Positions 26,438 through 36,374 of a stretch of 64,000 bases of DNA are shown here, one piece after another. The position numbers and the translations under genes were made by a program. Each line of letters begins with the position of its first letter. Positions within the stretch are counted from its first letter, which is position 1. Origin of the DNA: an uncultured Alphaproteobacteria bacterium. GTDB taxonomy: Bacteria; Pseudomonadota; Alphaproteobacteria; Rs-D84. The notes under the pieces are model-generated. The model was not told the origin of the DNA. It saw only the letters and a program-made list of their open reading frames with translations, and made no database searches. Where the stretch lies: contig CAKQTG010000001.1 in the NCBI GenBank assembly GCA_934276735.1, positions 224,455-288,454 on the forward strand, given 5' to 3'.

Positions 26438-27742
26438 TTATTTCCCCAGACACAGTTGTGAAAATGTGGCGTCCATAACATCGGCAGCACTGATTGTGCC
26501 CAAGATTTTGCCGATTGCGTCGGCGGCGCGGCGAACGTGTTCTGAAAATATATCATAATTATCACCCGCGGTGATTGCATCGTGCAATTCGTTTTGTGCG
26601 TCCATCATCAGGGTGCGCGTGCGTGCATTGACCGTGATTTGTGATTCTGAATTTCCAACCAATTCATCAATCTTTTTACGGATTGCAATCATCAGGTTAT
26701 CAATTCCGTCGCCCGTCTTGGCCGATACATAAATCGCATTGCTTTTATTTTTGCAATCGCACAGGTCAGATTTATTTACAACGATAATTTCATTATTTGA
26801 ACTTTGAACTTTGAACTCTGAACTTTGACCGTCAATTACATGCAAAACCAAATCGGCGTTTTTAATTTCGTCATTTGTGCGCTGAATCCCGATCTGTTCA
26901 ATTTCGTCGTCTGTGTCGCGCAGGCCGGCGGTATCAGAAATGTTTACCATGTATCCGTCAATATCCAGGGTACACGACACAACATCGCGTGTGGTGCCGG
27001 GCGTGTCAGATACAATCGCACGATTTTCCCCAACCAGGCGATTAAACAATGATGATTTCCCCGCGTTTGTGTTGCCTGCCAATGTGATGTTGAATCCGCT
27101 GCGGATAGCGCGTGACGCCGCATAGCGCGAAATTGCATTGTCAATTTCGTTATATAAAACCTGGGCCTTGTCACGGATTTTTTTACCGATATTTGTTGGT
27201 AATTCGTCGTCTGCGTAATCCAAAATCGCGGCAGCGTATGCGGCGATTTCAATCATCTGGGACCGCCAGGCGTCATAAATCCGACTGTCGCGACCCATCA
27301 TAGATTTCAGTGCGGCGCGACGTTGACGTTCGGTCTGGGCGTCCAGCAATGCGGCCAGACCATCAATATCTGTTAAATCCATTTTGCCATTATAAAACGC
27401 GCGACGTGAAAATTCGCCACGTGATGCCATACGCGCACCGGTTGTGGCCAGAAAATCAAATATTTTATTTATCACCGCTGGCGCACCGTGCGAGTGGATT
27501 TCAATAACATCTGTGCCGGTGAACGAATGCGGGGCTGCAAAGAAAACTAAAATTACCTGGTCAATCAGGTCGCTCGCATTATCGGCCAGATTTGCAAAAT
27601 ACGCGTGCCGCACATCAAAATTATTGCGCCCCAACAATCGCGCAAACAAATCGCGCAGATTGTCGCCTGCAATTCGCACAACGGCAACGCCACTTTTCCC
27701 GTGCCCCGACGACAGGGCAAAAATTGTATCGTTATTATTCAT
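26438..27742 (-). CDS. mnmE: tRNA modification GTPase MnmE (TrmE)
   Basis: N-terminus MNNNDTIFALSSGHGKSGVAVVRIAG, G-domain GNTNAGKSSL, C-terminal CLGK. Confidence 0.92.
   Translation of the reverse strand: MNNNDTIFALSSGHGKSGVAVVRIAGDNLRDLFARLLGRNNFDVRHAYFANLADNASDLIDQVILVFFAAPHSFTGTDVIEIHSHGAPAVINKIFDFLATTGARMASRGEFSRRAFYNGKMDLTDIDGLAALLDAQTERQRRAALKSMMGRDSRIYDAWRSQMIEIAAYAAAILDYADDELPTNIGKKIRDKAQVLYNEIDNAISRYAASRAIRSGFNITLAGNTNAGKSSLFNRLVGENRAIVSDTPGTTRDVVSCTLDIDGYMVNISDTAGLRDTDDEIEQIGIQRTNDEIKNADLVLHVIDGQSSEFKVQSSNNEIIVVNKSDLCDCKNKSNAIYVSAKTGDGIDNLMIAIRKKIDELVGNSESQITVNARTRTLMMDAQNELHDAITAGDNYDIFSEHVRRAADAIGKILGTISAADVMDATFSQLCLGK
26798..26828. repeat. heptanucleotide tandem repeat (tgaactt x3 plus tgaactc) inside mnmE coding sequence
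   Basis: tgaactt tgaactt tgaactc tgaactt tga; encodes QSSEFKVQSS in the MnmE G-domain variable loop. Confidence 0.8.
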
Positions 27743-28326
27743 TATTTATTTCCAGATATTTCTTTCAGTGCCAATGGGACCAGGCGCGCAACATCGGCAC
27801 CAGGATTCGCGGCAACCAGTTTTTGCGCCATTTCAACAATGTCCAGACGGCGATAGCCCAATGATTCCAACGCCGCCAGTAAATCTGGCAGGGCAGAGCC
27901 GCCCGCGCCACCATCGGTTGTGGTAAAATCAAATGCAGAATTAGCAACCTTGCTTTTTAGTTCAATGATGATTTTTTCGGCCACCTTTTTCCCGACGCCG
28001 GGCGCGGCGGTAATTGTTTTTGCGTCCCCCGTTGCAATGGCGGACATCAGCGCGTCGGTTGGCAATGTGTTCAGTATGGACAGCGCACCCTTGGGCCCGA
28101 CACCAGATACGCCCGTCAGTTGCACGAACAGGTTTTGCGCCGCCAGCGTTTTGAACCCGAACAGGCGAATTGAATCTTCGCGTACGACGGTTTCAATCCA
28201 TAACGCGACTGTTTCGCGTGGGGACAGCGCATCTGGGGTAAAAACCTTGTATCCGACAGGACCCGCCATCAAAATCACGAAGCCGTCGCCAATATAATCA
28301 ACAACCCCTTGCAATTTGCCAATCAT
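27742..28326 (-). CDS. ruvA: Holliday junction DNA helicase RuvA
   Basis: MIGKLQGVVDYIGDGFVILMAGPVGYKVF; HhH motifs; stop overlaps mnmE start (ATGA). Confidence 0.9.
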   Translation of the reverse strand: MIGKLQGVVDYIGDGFVILMAGPVGYKVFTPDALSPRETVALWIETVVREDSIRLFGFKTLAAQNLFVQLTGVSGVGPKGALSILNTLPTDALMSAIATGDAKTITAAPGVGKKVAEKIIIELKSKVANSAFDFTTTDGGAGGSALPDLLAALESLGYRRLDIVEMAQKLVAANPGADVARLVPLALKEISGNK

Positions 28327-28376
28327 TTGTTATCCTTTTGGGGTAATTCTAATCTAATTAAAGTAAAAGGTCAAAT

Positions 28377-29093
28377 ATGAGTGGACACAGCAAATGGCAC
28401 AATATTCAGCATAAAAAGGGTGCCGTGGACGCCGCACGCAGCGGTTTGTTCACAAAACTGGCGCGTGAAATAACGATGGCGGCCAAACTGGGCGATAAAA
28501 ATCCGGACAATAATCCGCGTTTGCGTTTGGCTATATTACAAGCACGCAAGAATTCTATGCCGAACGATAACATTAAACGCGCGATTGACAAGGCGTCGGG
28601 CAGCAATACTGAAAACTATGTTGCCGTGCGCTATGAAGGCTATGGCCCGAATGCGGTTCCCGTTATTGTAGAGGCGTTGACCGACAACCCGCGTCGCACT
28701 GTGCCGGAAATCCGCAACATATTTGCGAAAAACGGCGGCAATATGGGCGAAGAGGGTTCTGTTGTGTTTATGTTCACACGCGCAGGTCAGATTATGTATC
28801 CGGCATCCATCGGAAAAACCGAAGATGAAATGATGGAAATTATCATGGATACGGGTGCGGACAACCTGGAAACGTCGGACGAAGGATTTATTATAACAAC
28901 AAAACCTGATGATTTTATCGCCGTGCAAAAGGCGTTAAATGATGCGCTGGGCGAACCAGATAATGCAGAATTGACCTGGGTTCCGAATATGCCGGTTGAC
29001 CTGGACGACGAAGCGTATGCCAAACTGGAAAAATTGGTGGACGCGTTGGACGACAATGACGACGTTCAAAAAGTGTTCACTGCGGCGGCATAA
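28377..29093 (+). CDS. yebC: YebC/PmpR family DNA-binding transcriptional regulator
   Basis: MSGHSKWHNIQHKKGAVDAARSGLFTKLAREI. Confidence 0.9.
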   Translation: MSGHSKWHNIQHKKGAVDAARSGLFTKLAREITMAAKLGDKNPDNNPRLRLAILQARKNSMPNDNIKRAIDKASGSNTENYVAVRYEGYGPNAVPVIVEALTDNPRRTVPEIRNIFAKNGGNMGEEGSVVFMFTRAGQIMYPASIGKTEDEMMEIIMDTGADNLETSDEGFIITTKPDDFIAVQKALNDALGEPDNAELTWVPNMPVDLDDEAYAKLEKLVDALDDNDDVQKVFTAAA

Positions 29094-29112
29094 CGCAGCG
29101 CGTAAAAAATAT

Positions 29113-29144
29113 AAAAAAGACCGGCGAAAACCGGTCTTTTTTAT
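29113..29144 (+). terminator. Rho-independent terminator after yebC
   Basis: aaaaaagaccgg-cgaaaa-ccggtctttttt. Confidence 0.7.
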
Positions 29145-29151
29145 GGTATAA
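29143..29151 (+). promoter_or_regulatory. extended -10 element (TGgTATAAT) upstream of ruvC
   Basis: tggtataat 25 nt upstream of ruvC ATG, overlapping the yebC terminator T-run. Confidence 0.3.
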
Positions 29152-29175
29152 TTATTACACAAAGGGACGTTTAAT

Positions 29176-29655
29176 ATGACACGAATTTTGGGAATTGACC
29201 CAGGACTGTTGCATACCGGGTGGGCCATAATTGATACCCAGGGGCAAAACCGAAAATATATTGCCAGCGGGGTTATTCTGCCGCCGACGCGTGACGCAAT
29301 GCCGATGCGATTGGCAAATATTTTTCGTGGTGTTTCGAAATTGGTGGATACATTTACCCCAGATGTGTGCAGCATTGAAATTACATTTGTGAATAAAAAC
29401 CCACAAACAACACTTGCGCTGGGGCATGCACGTGCGGCGGCAATTGTCGCGGTGGCGTCGCGTGATATTCCGATATACGAATACGAACCGAACAAGATTA
29501 AAAAGGCACTGACATCGGCCGGGCATGCCGACAAAGACCAGGTGTATAAAATGGTGCGTATCTTGTTGCCGGCGGCGCGTCCCAAAACCCCAGACGAGAG
29601 TGACGCCATCGCTATTGCACTGGCTCATGCGAATATGATTAAATTCAGTTTTTGA
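29176..29655 (+). CDS. ruvC: crossover junction endodeoxyribonuclease RuvC
   Basis: MTRILGIDPGLLHTGWAIID ... catalytic acidic residues (DESDAIAIA). Confidence 0.9.
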   Translation: MTRILGIDPGLLHTGWAIIDTQGQNRKYIASGVILPPTRDAMPMRLANIFRGVSKLVDTFTPDVCSIEITFVNKNPQTTLALGHARAAAIVAVASRDIPIYEYEPNKIKKALTSAGHADKDQVYKMVRILLPAARPKTPDESDAIAIALAHANMIKFSF

Positions 29656-29702
29656 AATTATGCATAATATGATAGAATAAATAAACACACAAGGGGAATA
29701 AT

Positions 29703-29981
29703 ATGAAACAAGAAGTTTATGAAATCCAAGATATGAAATTATATGTGCGCCAGGCGACATTGTTTCGTTCATTTTTGATAAATGTAATTTTAGGGCTGGT
29801 GGTTGGTGCGTTGGCATTGTTTGTGCCGGGGTTCCTGTTTGCACTGGTTGTGGTGACGGGCGTTTCGCCGATGATGATGTTCTTTTCAATGATAAGCGGG
29901 ATTGCGCTGTGGCAAATGCTGGGGGTTGTATTTTTCTTGGTGCCGGCATTGGCAATCTGGTGGCAACGTTATTCAAAATAA
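29703..29981 (+). CDS. small two-TM membrane protein, hypothetical (92 aa)
   Basis: aagggga RBS; two hydrophobic helices; followed by a terminator. Confidence 0.5.
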   Translation: MKQEVYEIQDMKLYVRQATLFRSFLINVILGLVVGALALFVPGFLFALVVVTGVSPMMMFFSMISGIALWQMLGVVFFLVPALAIWWQRYSK

Positions 29982-30010
29982 AAATGCGCCGATTTGGCGC
30001 ATTTTTTTAT
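29980..30010. terminator. bidirectional terminator (small membrane protein / secB convergent)
   Basis: aaaaatgcgcc-gattt-ggcgcattttttt. Confidence 0.7.
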
Positions 30011-30023
30011 GAATCAAGGTAGA

Positions 30024-30470
30024 TTATTTCGCATTTGCTGCAGCGTTTTGTGCCTGTTTCTGGGCATACAGTTCGGCGAAATCAACCGGCTGCATCGCAA
30101 ATGTTGGGAAACCAGATTCAGATGTCAGGCGAACAATCAGACTGCGAACCGCCGGGAATAACAGGGTCGGAACATCAATCAGCAATGTGCGCTTTTTCGT
30201 TTCTTCATCATTTTCTTCGTCCATTTGAACCAGGCCAGAATATGTAGATTCAATCAAGAATATTGATTTATCGCCCGCGTCCAGTTTTGAATGAACCTTG
30301 GTCACCAGGTCGACCATAAACAGGTTGTTTTCTGCGCCTTTTATCTGAATATCAATGTTGATTTCCAATTTTGCTTGGCCGTTGTCTTGTTTAAAGAACA
30401 ATTCTGGGACGTTTGGACTCTCGAACGAGATGTCTTTTAAAAACTGGGAAATGATTTTAAATTTTGCCAT
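30024..30470 (-). CDS. secB: protein-export chaperone SecB
   Basis: MAKFKIISQFLKDISFESPNVPELFF ... typical SecB length and acidic C-terminus. Confidence 0.85.
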   Translation of the reverse strand: MAKFKIISQFLKDISFESPNVPELFFKQDNGQAKLEINIDIQIKGAENNLFMVDLVTKVHSKLDAGDKSIFLIESTYSGLVQMDEENDEETKKRTLLIDVPTLLFPAVRSLIVRLTSESGFPTFAMQPVDFAELYAQKQAQNAAANAK

Positions 30471-30583
30471 TGTGTTTTACTCCTGTGATACTGTGGGGGT
30501 AAAACCCGTTCTGGACTTGACCCCTGGTTTTATGATAATATAGCATCATAAAAATATTTTACAAGTGGGAGAGGCAACAAAAA

Positions 30584-31687
30584 ATGGCGGATGGGAAAAT
30601 TTTCAGCATAACAAAGTGGTTGGCTGTTGTGTGTGGCGTGGTTGCATTGGCGGCGTGTGATTTGTCAACGCCGACACATACCGGCGATAATTCTGTTGTG
30701 CCATCAAACCTGCGCCGGGTGTCGTATAATGATTTGCCGGGCTGGCGTGATGATGATGTTCGTTACGCTTTGCAGGCGTTCCGTAATTCGTGCAAGGCGA
30801 AGATTCAATACACGGGTCGTGTAATTCCAGACCGCGAACTGTTCGCAGAAAAGTGCAGAATGTTGCCGTCGGCATCGGCGGATACAGCAACTGTGCGTGC
30901 ATGGTTTGAATCTAATTTCCAACCGTATAAGGTTTATAATGATAATGGCACAGACCGCGGGACATACACGGGATACTATTCCCCGATTATTCCGGGTTGC
31001 CGGACCAAGACCGCTGCGTGCAATGAACCGTTGATGGGCGTGCCAACCGATGGTCGCGCCTACAAGGGCGTTGCCAAAAAAGACATTGTAGAAAAGCAAA
31101 TTGGTCGCGTTCTGTATTGGGCAAATATTGTTGATGTCCAAAATATTCAGATTCAGGGCAGCGGCATGTTGCAACTGGACGATGGAAAAATGGTGAAATT
31201 AAACTTTGCTGCGGTCAATGATATGCCGTTTAAATCTATTGGCGAAGAATTGCGCAGTCGTGGTATTCGTCCAGATAATGGGTATTCGGCTGATGCGGTT
31301 TGGTCGTATTTGAAAAAGAACCCGACGCTGGCGCGTGATGTGATTTATAAAAATCCACGCTATGTGTATTTCTATGAATCTGTACCACCAGATGTAATTG
31401 GAAAATTGGGCACACCACTGTCCAAGATTCGTTCAATCGCCATGGACGACAGTATTTATACATTAGGAATGCCGGTGTATATCAGCACGAACTTGTCTGA
31501 TGGACGACGTTTCCGTCGGTTGATGATTGCCCAGGATACAGGCAGTGCAATTCGTGGTTGGATTCGTGCTGACATATTCTTTGGCAAAGGGGACGAGGCC
31601 TATAAGTTTGCTCATGGTCAACATGCCCAAGGCGAAATGTTTATCTTGATGCCCAAAGAATATACGTATGTCAAACCAACCAGATAA
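30584..31687 (+). CDS. mltA: membrane-bound lytic murein transglycosylase A (MltA)
   Basis: Signal peptide; MltA and 3D domain features (QIQGSGMLQLDDGKMVKLNFAAVND ... DTGSAIRG). Confidence 0.85.
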   Translation: MADGKIFSITKWLAVVCGVVALAACDLSTPTHTGDNSVVPSNLRRVSYNDLPGWRDDDVRYALQAFRNSCKAKIQYTGRVIPDRELFAEKCRMLPSASADTATVRAWFESNFQPYKVYNDNGTDRGTYTGYYSPIIPGCRTKTAACNEPLMGVPTDGRAYKGVAKKDIVEKQIGRVLYWANIVDVQNIQIQGSGMLQLDDGKMVKLNFAAVNDMPFKSIGEELRSRGIRPDNGYSADAVWSYLKKNPTLARDVIYKNPRYVYFYESVPPDVIGKLGTPLSKIRSIAMDDSIYTLGMPVYISTNLSDGRRFRRLMIAQDTGSAIRGWIRADIFFGKGDEAYKFAHGQHAQGEMFILMPKEYTYVKPTR

Positions 31688-31997
31688 ATTTTCAAAACGC
31701 GTGTGTCGTCCGCAAACTATTGCGGGCGCACTTGGTGGTCTGATGCGAAATTTTGGCGTGCGTGCATCTGATGCTGATTTAGTTGCACATTGGTCGGAAA
31801 TTATGGGGCCGGAAATTTCATCTGTGGCGCAGGTTGCAGCAATAAAAAAAATGCGTGACGGACGTTATAACGTTGCAATCCGCCCAATCAGTCCGGCATT
31901 TACATTACAGTTGTCATATATGACTGCCGAAATCACAGAAAAATTGAATAATTATTTTGGTCGCGACGCTATTGGAAAAATAAGTTTCAGAAAATAA
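31668..31997 (+). CDS. DUF721 (DciA-like) protein
   Basis: 109 aa; ...LVAHWSEIMGPEISSVAQVAAIKKMRDGRYNVAI... pattern of the DUF721/DciA family; conserved position after mltA in alphaproteobacteria; 20-nt overlap with mltA. Confidence 0.6.
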   Translation: MSNQPDKFSKRVCRPQTIAGALGGLMRNFGVRASDADLVAHWSEIMGPEISSVAQVAAIKKMRDGRYNVAIRPISPAFTLQLSYMTAEITEKLNNYFGRDAIGKISFRK

Positions 31998-32046
31998 GCC
32001 TGTGGCATTTTGAATTTTTACCTTTTTATGATAAAATCTGTCCGTT

Positions 32047-33231
32047 ATGGCCAAAGATAAATATTTATCAGTTAGAAATTCTGTCAGTGGTTTTTCTTTT
32101 GCAAACCTGGGGTTGTTCACAGGGTTTGCTGATGGTATTTATAATGCGGTATATTCGCTGGTCTTGTTGGAAATATTTCGTTCATCGGCCGTTGTCGGTG
32201 TGTATGTCGCGCTGTATGCGGCATTTTGTATGGTTGTTGGGCTGTTCGCAAATGAACTGTTTCGCCAGTTTTCCAAGGTGCGTGTATTTTATTTTGCAAT
32301 GCTGATGTTGGCGGTGTGCTATGCGATGATGAGTTTTTCTATACGCCCCGGCACGTTTATTATACTAGACTATACAACCGGGATTGCGATTACGCTGACG
32401 ACGATGCTGATACCGCTGTTTATGTCGGATTTTTCGCGTGGGATTGGTATGGCGCGGTTGAATTCGCGGTATCATCTGTGGCTGAATATAGGGGCGTTTT
32501 TTGCGCCAATGGTTGCGGTCGCCATATCAAGTGCCGCAGGAAATCGGGCCGCGTTCTTTGCGTCTGCGGTAATATATCTGGCCGGATGGGCGACGTTTAA
32601 ATATTTTCGTGTTGTGCAACAAGATAAACAGATAAAACCAGTCAGTCCGCGTCGCACGGCACGCGCGTTGATGCGCAACACAATTGCATTTTTCAAAAAG
32701 ACAGGAATGACGCGCGCCTATATTGTAAATTTTGGATATTATTCATTGCGTGCGATGCGATATTTGTATGTACCTATCGTCGTTATTGAAAATGGTTTCA
32801 CGAACGAGGCACTGGGGTGGGTTTTGACCCTGGGAATTATACCGTATCTGTTATTGTCCGAGATTATGGGGCGTTTGGTGCGTCGATTTGGAAAGCAAAT
32901 TTGGTTGTTGGCCGGATTTTTATCGTTTGCGGCGTTGTCTGCGTTGGCAACATTTGTTACAGGATACCCGTTGCTGGTTATATTTATCGCATGGCAAATT
33001 TCGGGCGCATTGATGGAATCGGTGCACGATTTATTGTTCTTTGATAATACCAAGAAATCAGAACAGACGCGTTTCTATGGTGTATTTCGCACCAGTGTGA
33101 ATTTACCAAACGTTGTTGCGCCTATGCTGGGGGCGATTTGTATTACCGTGTTTGGCGGAACATCTGCAGTTTGGGTTGTGACTGCGCTGATTGGCGTGTT
33201 GTCTGCGATGATGCTGATTGCCAAAAAATAA
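32047..33231 (+). CDS. MFS transporter (12 TM)
   Basis: Hydropathy pattern and MFS loop motifs; 394 aa. Confidence 0.75.
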   Translation: MAKDKYLSVRNSVSGFSFANLGLFTGFADGIYNAVYSLVLLEIFRSSAVVGVYVALYAAFCMVVGLFANELFRQFSKVRVFYFAMLMLAVCYAMMSFSIRPGTFIILDYTTGIAITLTTMLIPLFMSDFSRGIGMARLNSRYHLWLNIGAFFAPMVAVAISSAAGNRAAFFASAVIYLAGWATFKYFRVVQQDKQIKPVSPRRTARALMRNTIAFFKKTGMTRAYIVNFGYYSLRAMRYLYVPIVVIENGFTNEALGWVLTLGIIPYLLLSEIMGRLVRRFGKQIWLLAGFLSFAALSALATFVTGYPLLVIFIAWQISGALMESVHDLLFFDNTKKSEQTRFYGVFRTSVNLPNVVAPMLGAICITVFGGTSAVWVVTALIGVLSAMMLIAKK

Positions 33232-33309
33232 TCTTTGTCACTGTTTTATTTTCATTGCGCCACATCATAATTCCGTGTATGATTTTACTATAAGAAAAGG
33301 GGATTTTGT

Positions 33310-34386
33310 ATGGCAAAGAAAGAAGCAGTAAAAGACGCGAGCGCACCGGCAAAAAATCCGGCATTGGAATCTGCGCTGGCACAAATTCAAAAACAGTTTG
33401 GCAAAGAAGCCATTATGAAAATGGGCGACGGTTCGCAACAGAATATAGAGGCGATTTCGTCTGGTTCATTGGGACTGGATATTGCATTGGGAATCGGCGG
33501 TTATCCACGTGGACGTATCGTTGAAATATATGGCCCAGAAAGTTCTGGTAAAACAACGTTGGCATTGCACGCTGTGGCAGAGGCGCAAAAGAAAGGCGGC
33601 ACGTGTGCGTATATTGATGCAGAAAATGCGCTGGACCCATCGTATGCAAAAAAGTTAGGCGTTGATGTTGCAAACCTGATTATATCTCAGCCTGATTCGG
33701 GCGAACAGGCATTGGAAATCGCAGATACACTGATTAAATCTGGGGCGGTCGATGTTGTTGTTATTGATTCGGTCGCGGCCCTGGTGCCCAAGGCAGAATT
33801 AGAGGGCAACATTGGTGATTCCTTTGTTGGCACGACGGCGCGTTTAATGTCACAGAGTTTGAAAAAACTGGCTGGTTCGGTTTCGCGCAGTAATACATTG
33901 CTGATATTCATCAACCAGATTCGTATGAAAATTGGTGTTATGTTCGGTAATCCAGAAACGACATCAGGCGGTAATGCGTTAAAGTTCTATGCGTCGGTTC
34001 GTTTGGATATTCGCCGCACGGGGCAAATCAAAGATAAAGAAAACGTTATCGGTAATGAAACCCGGGTCAAAGTCGTGAAAAACAAGGTTGCACCACCGTT
34101 CCGCACAGTTGATTTCAAAATTATGTATGGCGAAGGGATTTCGCGCATCAGTGAAATCTTGGATATGGGTGTGAAATATGACCTGATTGAAAAGGCGGGC
34201 AGTTTCTATTCATACAACAATGAACGCATGGGCCAGGGCGAGGCAAATGCCCGTCAGTGGCTGAAAGATCACCCAGATGCCCAAAAAGATTTGTTGGACA
34301 AGATTATGTCGCGAGCGTCTGGCATTGCCGAAGAAATGACAACTGGACCTGTTGATGATGATATGGACGTGCCGGCAACAGAATAA
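33310..34386 (+). CDS. recA: recombinase RecA
   Basis: GPESSGKTT Walker [24 protein letters not shown]; 358 aa. Confidence 0.97.
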   Translation: MAKKEAVKDASAPAKNPALESALAQIQKQFGKEAIMKMGDGSQQNIEAISSGSLGLDIALGIGGYPRGRIVEIYGPESSGKTTLALHAVAEAQKKGGTCAYIDAENALDPSYAKKLGVDVANLIISQPDSGEQALEIADTLIKSGAVDVVVIDSVAALVPKAELEGNIGDSFVGTTARLMSQSLKKLAGSVSRSNTLLIFINQIRMKIGVMFGNPETTSGGNALKFYASVRLDIRRTGQIKDKENVIGNETRVKVVKNKVAPPFRTVDFKIMYGEGISRISEILDMGVKYDLIEKAGSFYSYNNERMGQGEANARQWLKDHPDAQKDLLDKIMSRASGIAEEMTTGPVDDDMDVPATE

Positions 34387-34410
34387 ATTAATTAAAATCA
34401 GGGGTGTGTA

Positions 34411-35322
34411 ATGAAATTATCCAGAACGTTTGCATTGGCTGATATTGTGTTGCGTGCGCACGTGTTAAATCCGCTGTGGCGGTCGCGTGACGTGCGCCGT
34501 CAGCATCGTTGTGATGTTGCAGCGACGGCGATTCCGCGGTATATGGCACGGTATGTGCCAGCACCGGGAACGATTCCAGAAACTGCGCCAATTCACGATG
34601 ACAAAAATGAAAAAATTTGGACATTGTGGTTGCAGGGCGAAGACAAAGCGCCACCGTTGGTCAAGGCGTGTTTCCGCAGTATTCGTAAAAACTGCAAACA
34701 AGAATTGGTTGTGTTGGATGAAAACACAATTTGGGATTACATCACGTTGCCCCCAGAAATTGTTGCAAAACGCAAAGCGGGCCAGATAAAGCATGCGCAC
34801 TTTGCTGATATTTGTCGTGTGGAATTATTATATGAGCATGGTGGTATTTGGTTGGATTCAACAGCCTTTGCAACCGCCCCAATTCCAAAAAATATCATAG
34901 ACCAGGATTTCTTTGTCTATATGGCCGGGCATAACGTTGGCAGTCCATACAGTTTTATTCAGAACTGTTTTATTCGTGCGCGTCGTGGGGCATATCTGTT
35001 GGCCGCCTGGCGACAAACGATATTAAATTTCTGGCTGGCCGAACCACGCGAATTTGACTATTTTATGCACCAGTTGATGTTCAAGGCATTGGTTCAGCAT
35101 GACCCGATTGCAAAAAAATATTTTGATGCAATGCCACATATTGACCAAGACCCAACGCACGCACTGTGGTGGTCAATCGCAAACGAACCATACAGTAAAA
35201 AACTGTTTGATAAATATACATCGGGTGCGTTTTTTCAGAAAACTGCATATAACAGCCCATGGGCCAAAAATCCTATCCCGGGCAGTGTTGCCGATGAAAT
35301 GATAAATCACATGAATAAATAA
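34411..35322 (+). CDS. Caps_synth/GT32-like glycosyltransferase (DXD sugar-binding region); start possibly internal (about 34543)
   Basis: IWTLWLQGEDKAPPLVKACFRSIRKNC ... HFADICRVELLYEHGGIWLDSTAF matches the capsular polysaccharide synthesis / Gly_transf_sug pattern. Confidence 0.6.
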   Translation: MKLSRTFALADIVLRAHVLNPLWRSRDVRRQHRCDVAATAIPRYMARYVPAPGTIPETAPIHDDKNEKIWTLWLQGEDKAPPLVKACFRSIRKNCKQELVVLDENTIWDYITLPPEIVAKRKAGQIKHAHFADICRVELLYEHGGIWLDSTAFATAPIPKNIIDQDFFVYMAGHNVGSPYSFIQNCFIRARRGAYLLAAWRQTILNFWLAEPREFDYFMHQLMFKALVQHDPIAKKYFDAMPHIDQDPTHALWWSIANEPYSKKLFDKYTSGAFFQKTAYNSPWAKNPIPGSVADEMINHMNK

Positions 35323-35336
35323 AAATAAAGGAATAT

Positions 35337-36374
35337 TTGATGCCTGCAATTTCTGTAATAATACCGGTATACAATGTAGAAAAGTATTTACGCAGATGTC
35401 TGGACAGTGTTTTAAATCAGACATTTCAAGATTGGGAAGCGATTTGTGTCAATGACGGCAGTCCAGATGGTTCTGCCGTCATTTTGTCTGAATACGCTGC
35501 GCGTGATTCCAGATTTAAAATTGTGAACAAGGAAAATGGTGGCCTGTCTGATGCGCGTAATGCCGGCATGGCGGTCGCCACAGGTAAATATATTTTGTAT
35601 CTGGACAGTGATGATTTTATTCATCCCCAGACAATGGAAATTACTCACTATTTGGCAATGCGTGATGGTTCGGATATTGTGTCATTTACATATGACCGAA
35701 TTTATCGACCCCAGTTGATGGTGCGACATATGTTGCGTATGGATACAGATTCTGTGGTGCCAGAACGTATGCATAAAAAATATGATGTGGCGCGTATAAA
35801 AACACTGGTAACTGATGATGTATACAGATATGCAACTGAACGTGCGCACAACGCGTTTAACCCGAAACGCAAGTGGTTGATTAAACATTGCCAGGTATGG
35901 AAAAATCTGTATCGTCGTGAATTGATTGCAGATACGCCGTTTATCAAGGGAATATTGTTTGAAGATTTTCCGTGGTGGTCCGAAGTGATGTTGAAAAACC
36001 CGCGTGTGACTATCGCGCCATTGCCGTTATATTTCTATGTCCCGAATTTTGGCGGAATTGTTTTGTCGTCCAAACAGTTGAAGATTATGCAAAGTCTGTG
36101 CACCGGTATTCGCGCGTCGTATGAATTATACAGGGACAAGGCCACCCCATACCAGATGGATATGTGGTCGCGCAAATTCCGTTGGTATTTCATTAAATGG
36201 GCATACCGCAAAATTAAATATTTGGACAATATTTCAGACGTTGAAACGGCCCAGAAATACTTTGTTGAATTGCGTGCATGTGGCGCACTGGACAATCCGC
36301 CATTTGCATGGGCGCATAAAATAAAGTGTAAAATTGCAAAATTTATAAAATGTGGGTGTTGCAATGCAAAATAA
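35337..36374 (+). CDS. family 2 glycosyltransferase (GT-A), copy 1
   Basis: ISVIIPVYNVEKYLRRCLDSVLNQTFQDWEAICVNDGSPDGS ... YLDSDDF. Confidence 0.8.
   Translation: MMPAISVIIPVYNVEKYLRRCLDSVLNQTFQDWEAICVNDGSPDGSAVILSEYAARDSRFKIVNKENGGLSDARNAGMAVATGKYILYLDSDDFIHPQTMEITHYLAMRDGSDIVSFTYDRIYRPQLMVRHMLRMDTDSVVPERMHKKYDVARIKTLVTDDVYRYATERAHNAFNPKRKWLIKHCQVWKNLYRRELIADTPFIKGILFEDFPWWSEVMLKNPRVTIAPLPLYFYVPNFGGIVLSSKQLKIMQSLCTGIRASYELYRDKATPYQMDMWSRKFRWYFIKWAYRKIKYLDNISDVETAQKYFVELRACGALDNPPFAWAHKIKCKIAKFIKCGCCNAK

Noticed and set aside
33232-33309. Alphaproteobacterial LexA/SOS box (GTTC-N7-GTTC or GAAC-N7-GAAC) upstream of recA and uvrB
   Set aside because: Searched both upstream regions by eye. No match to the direct-repeat consensus was found.
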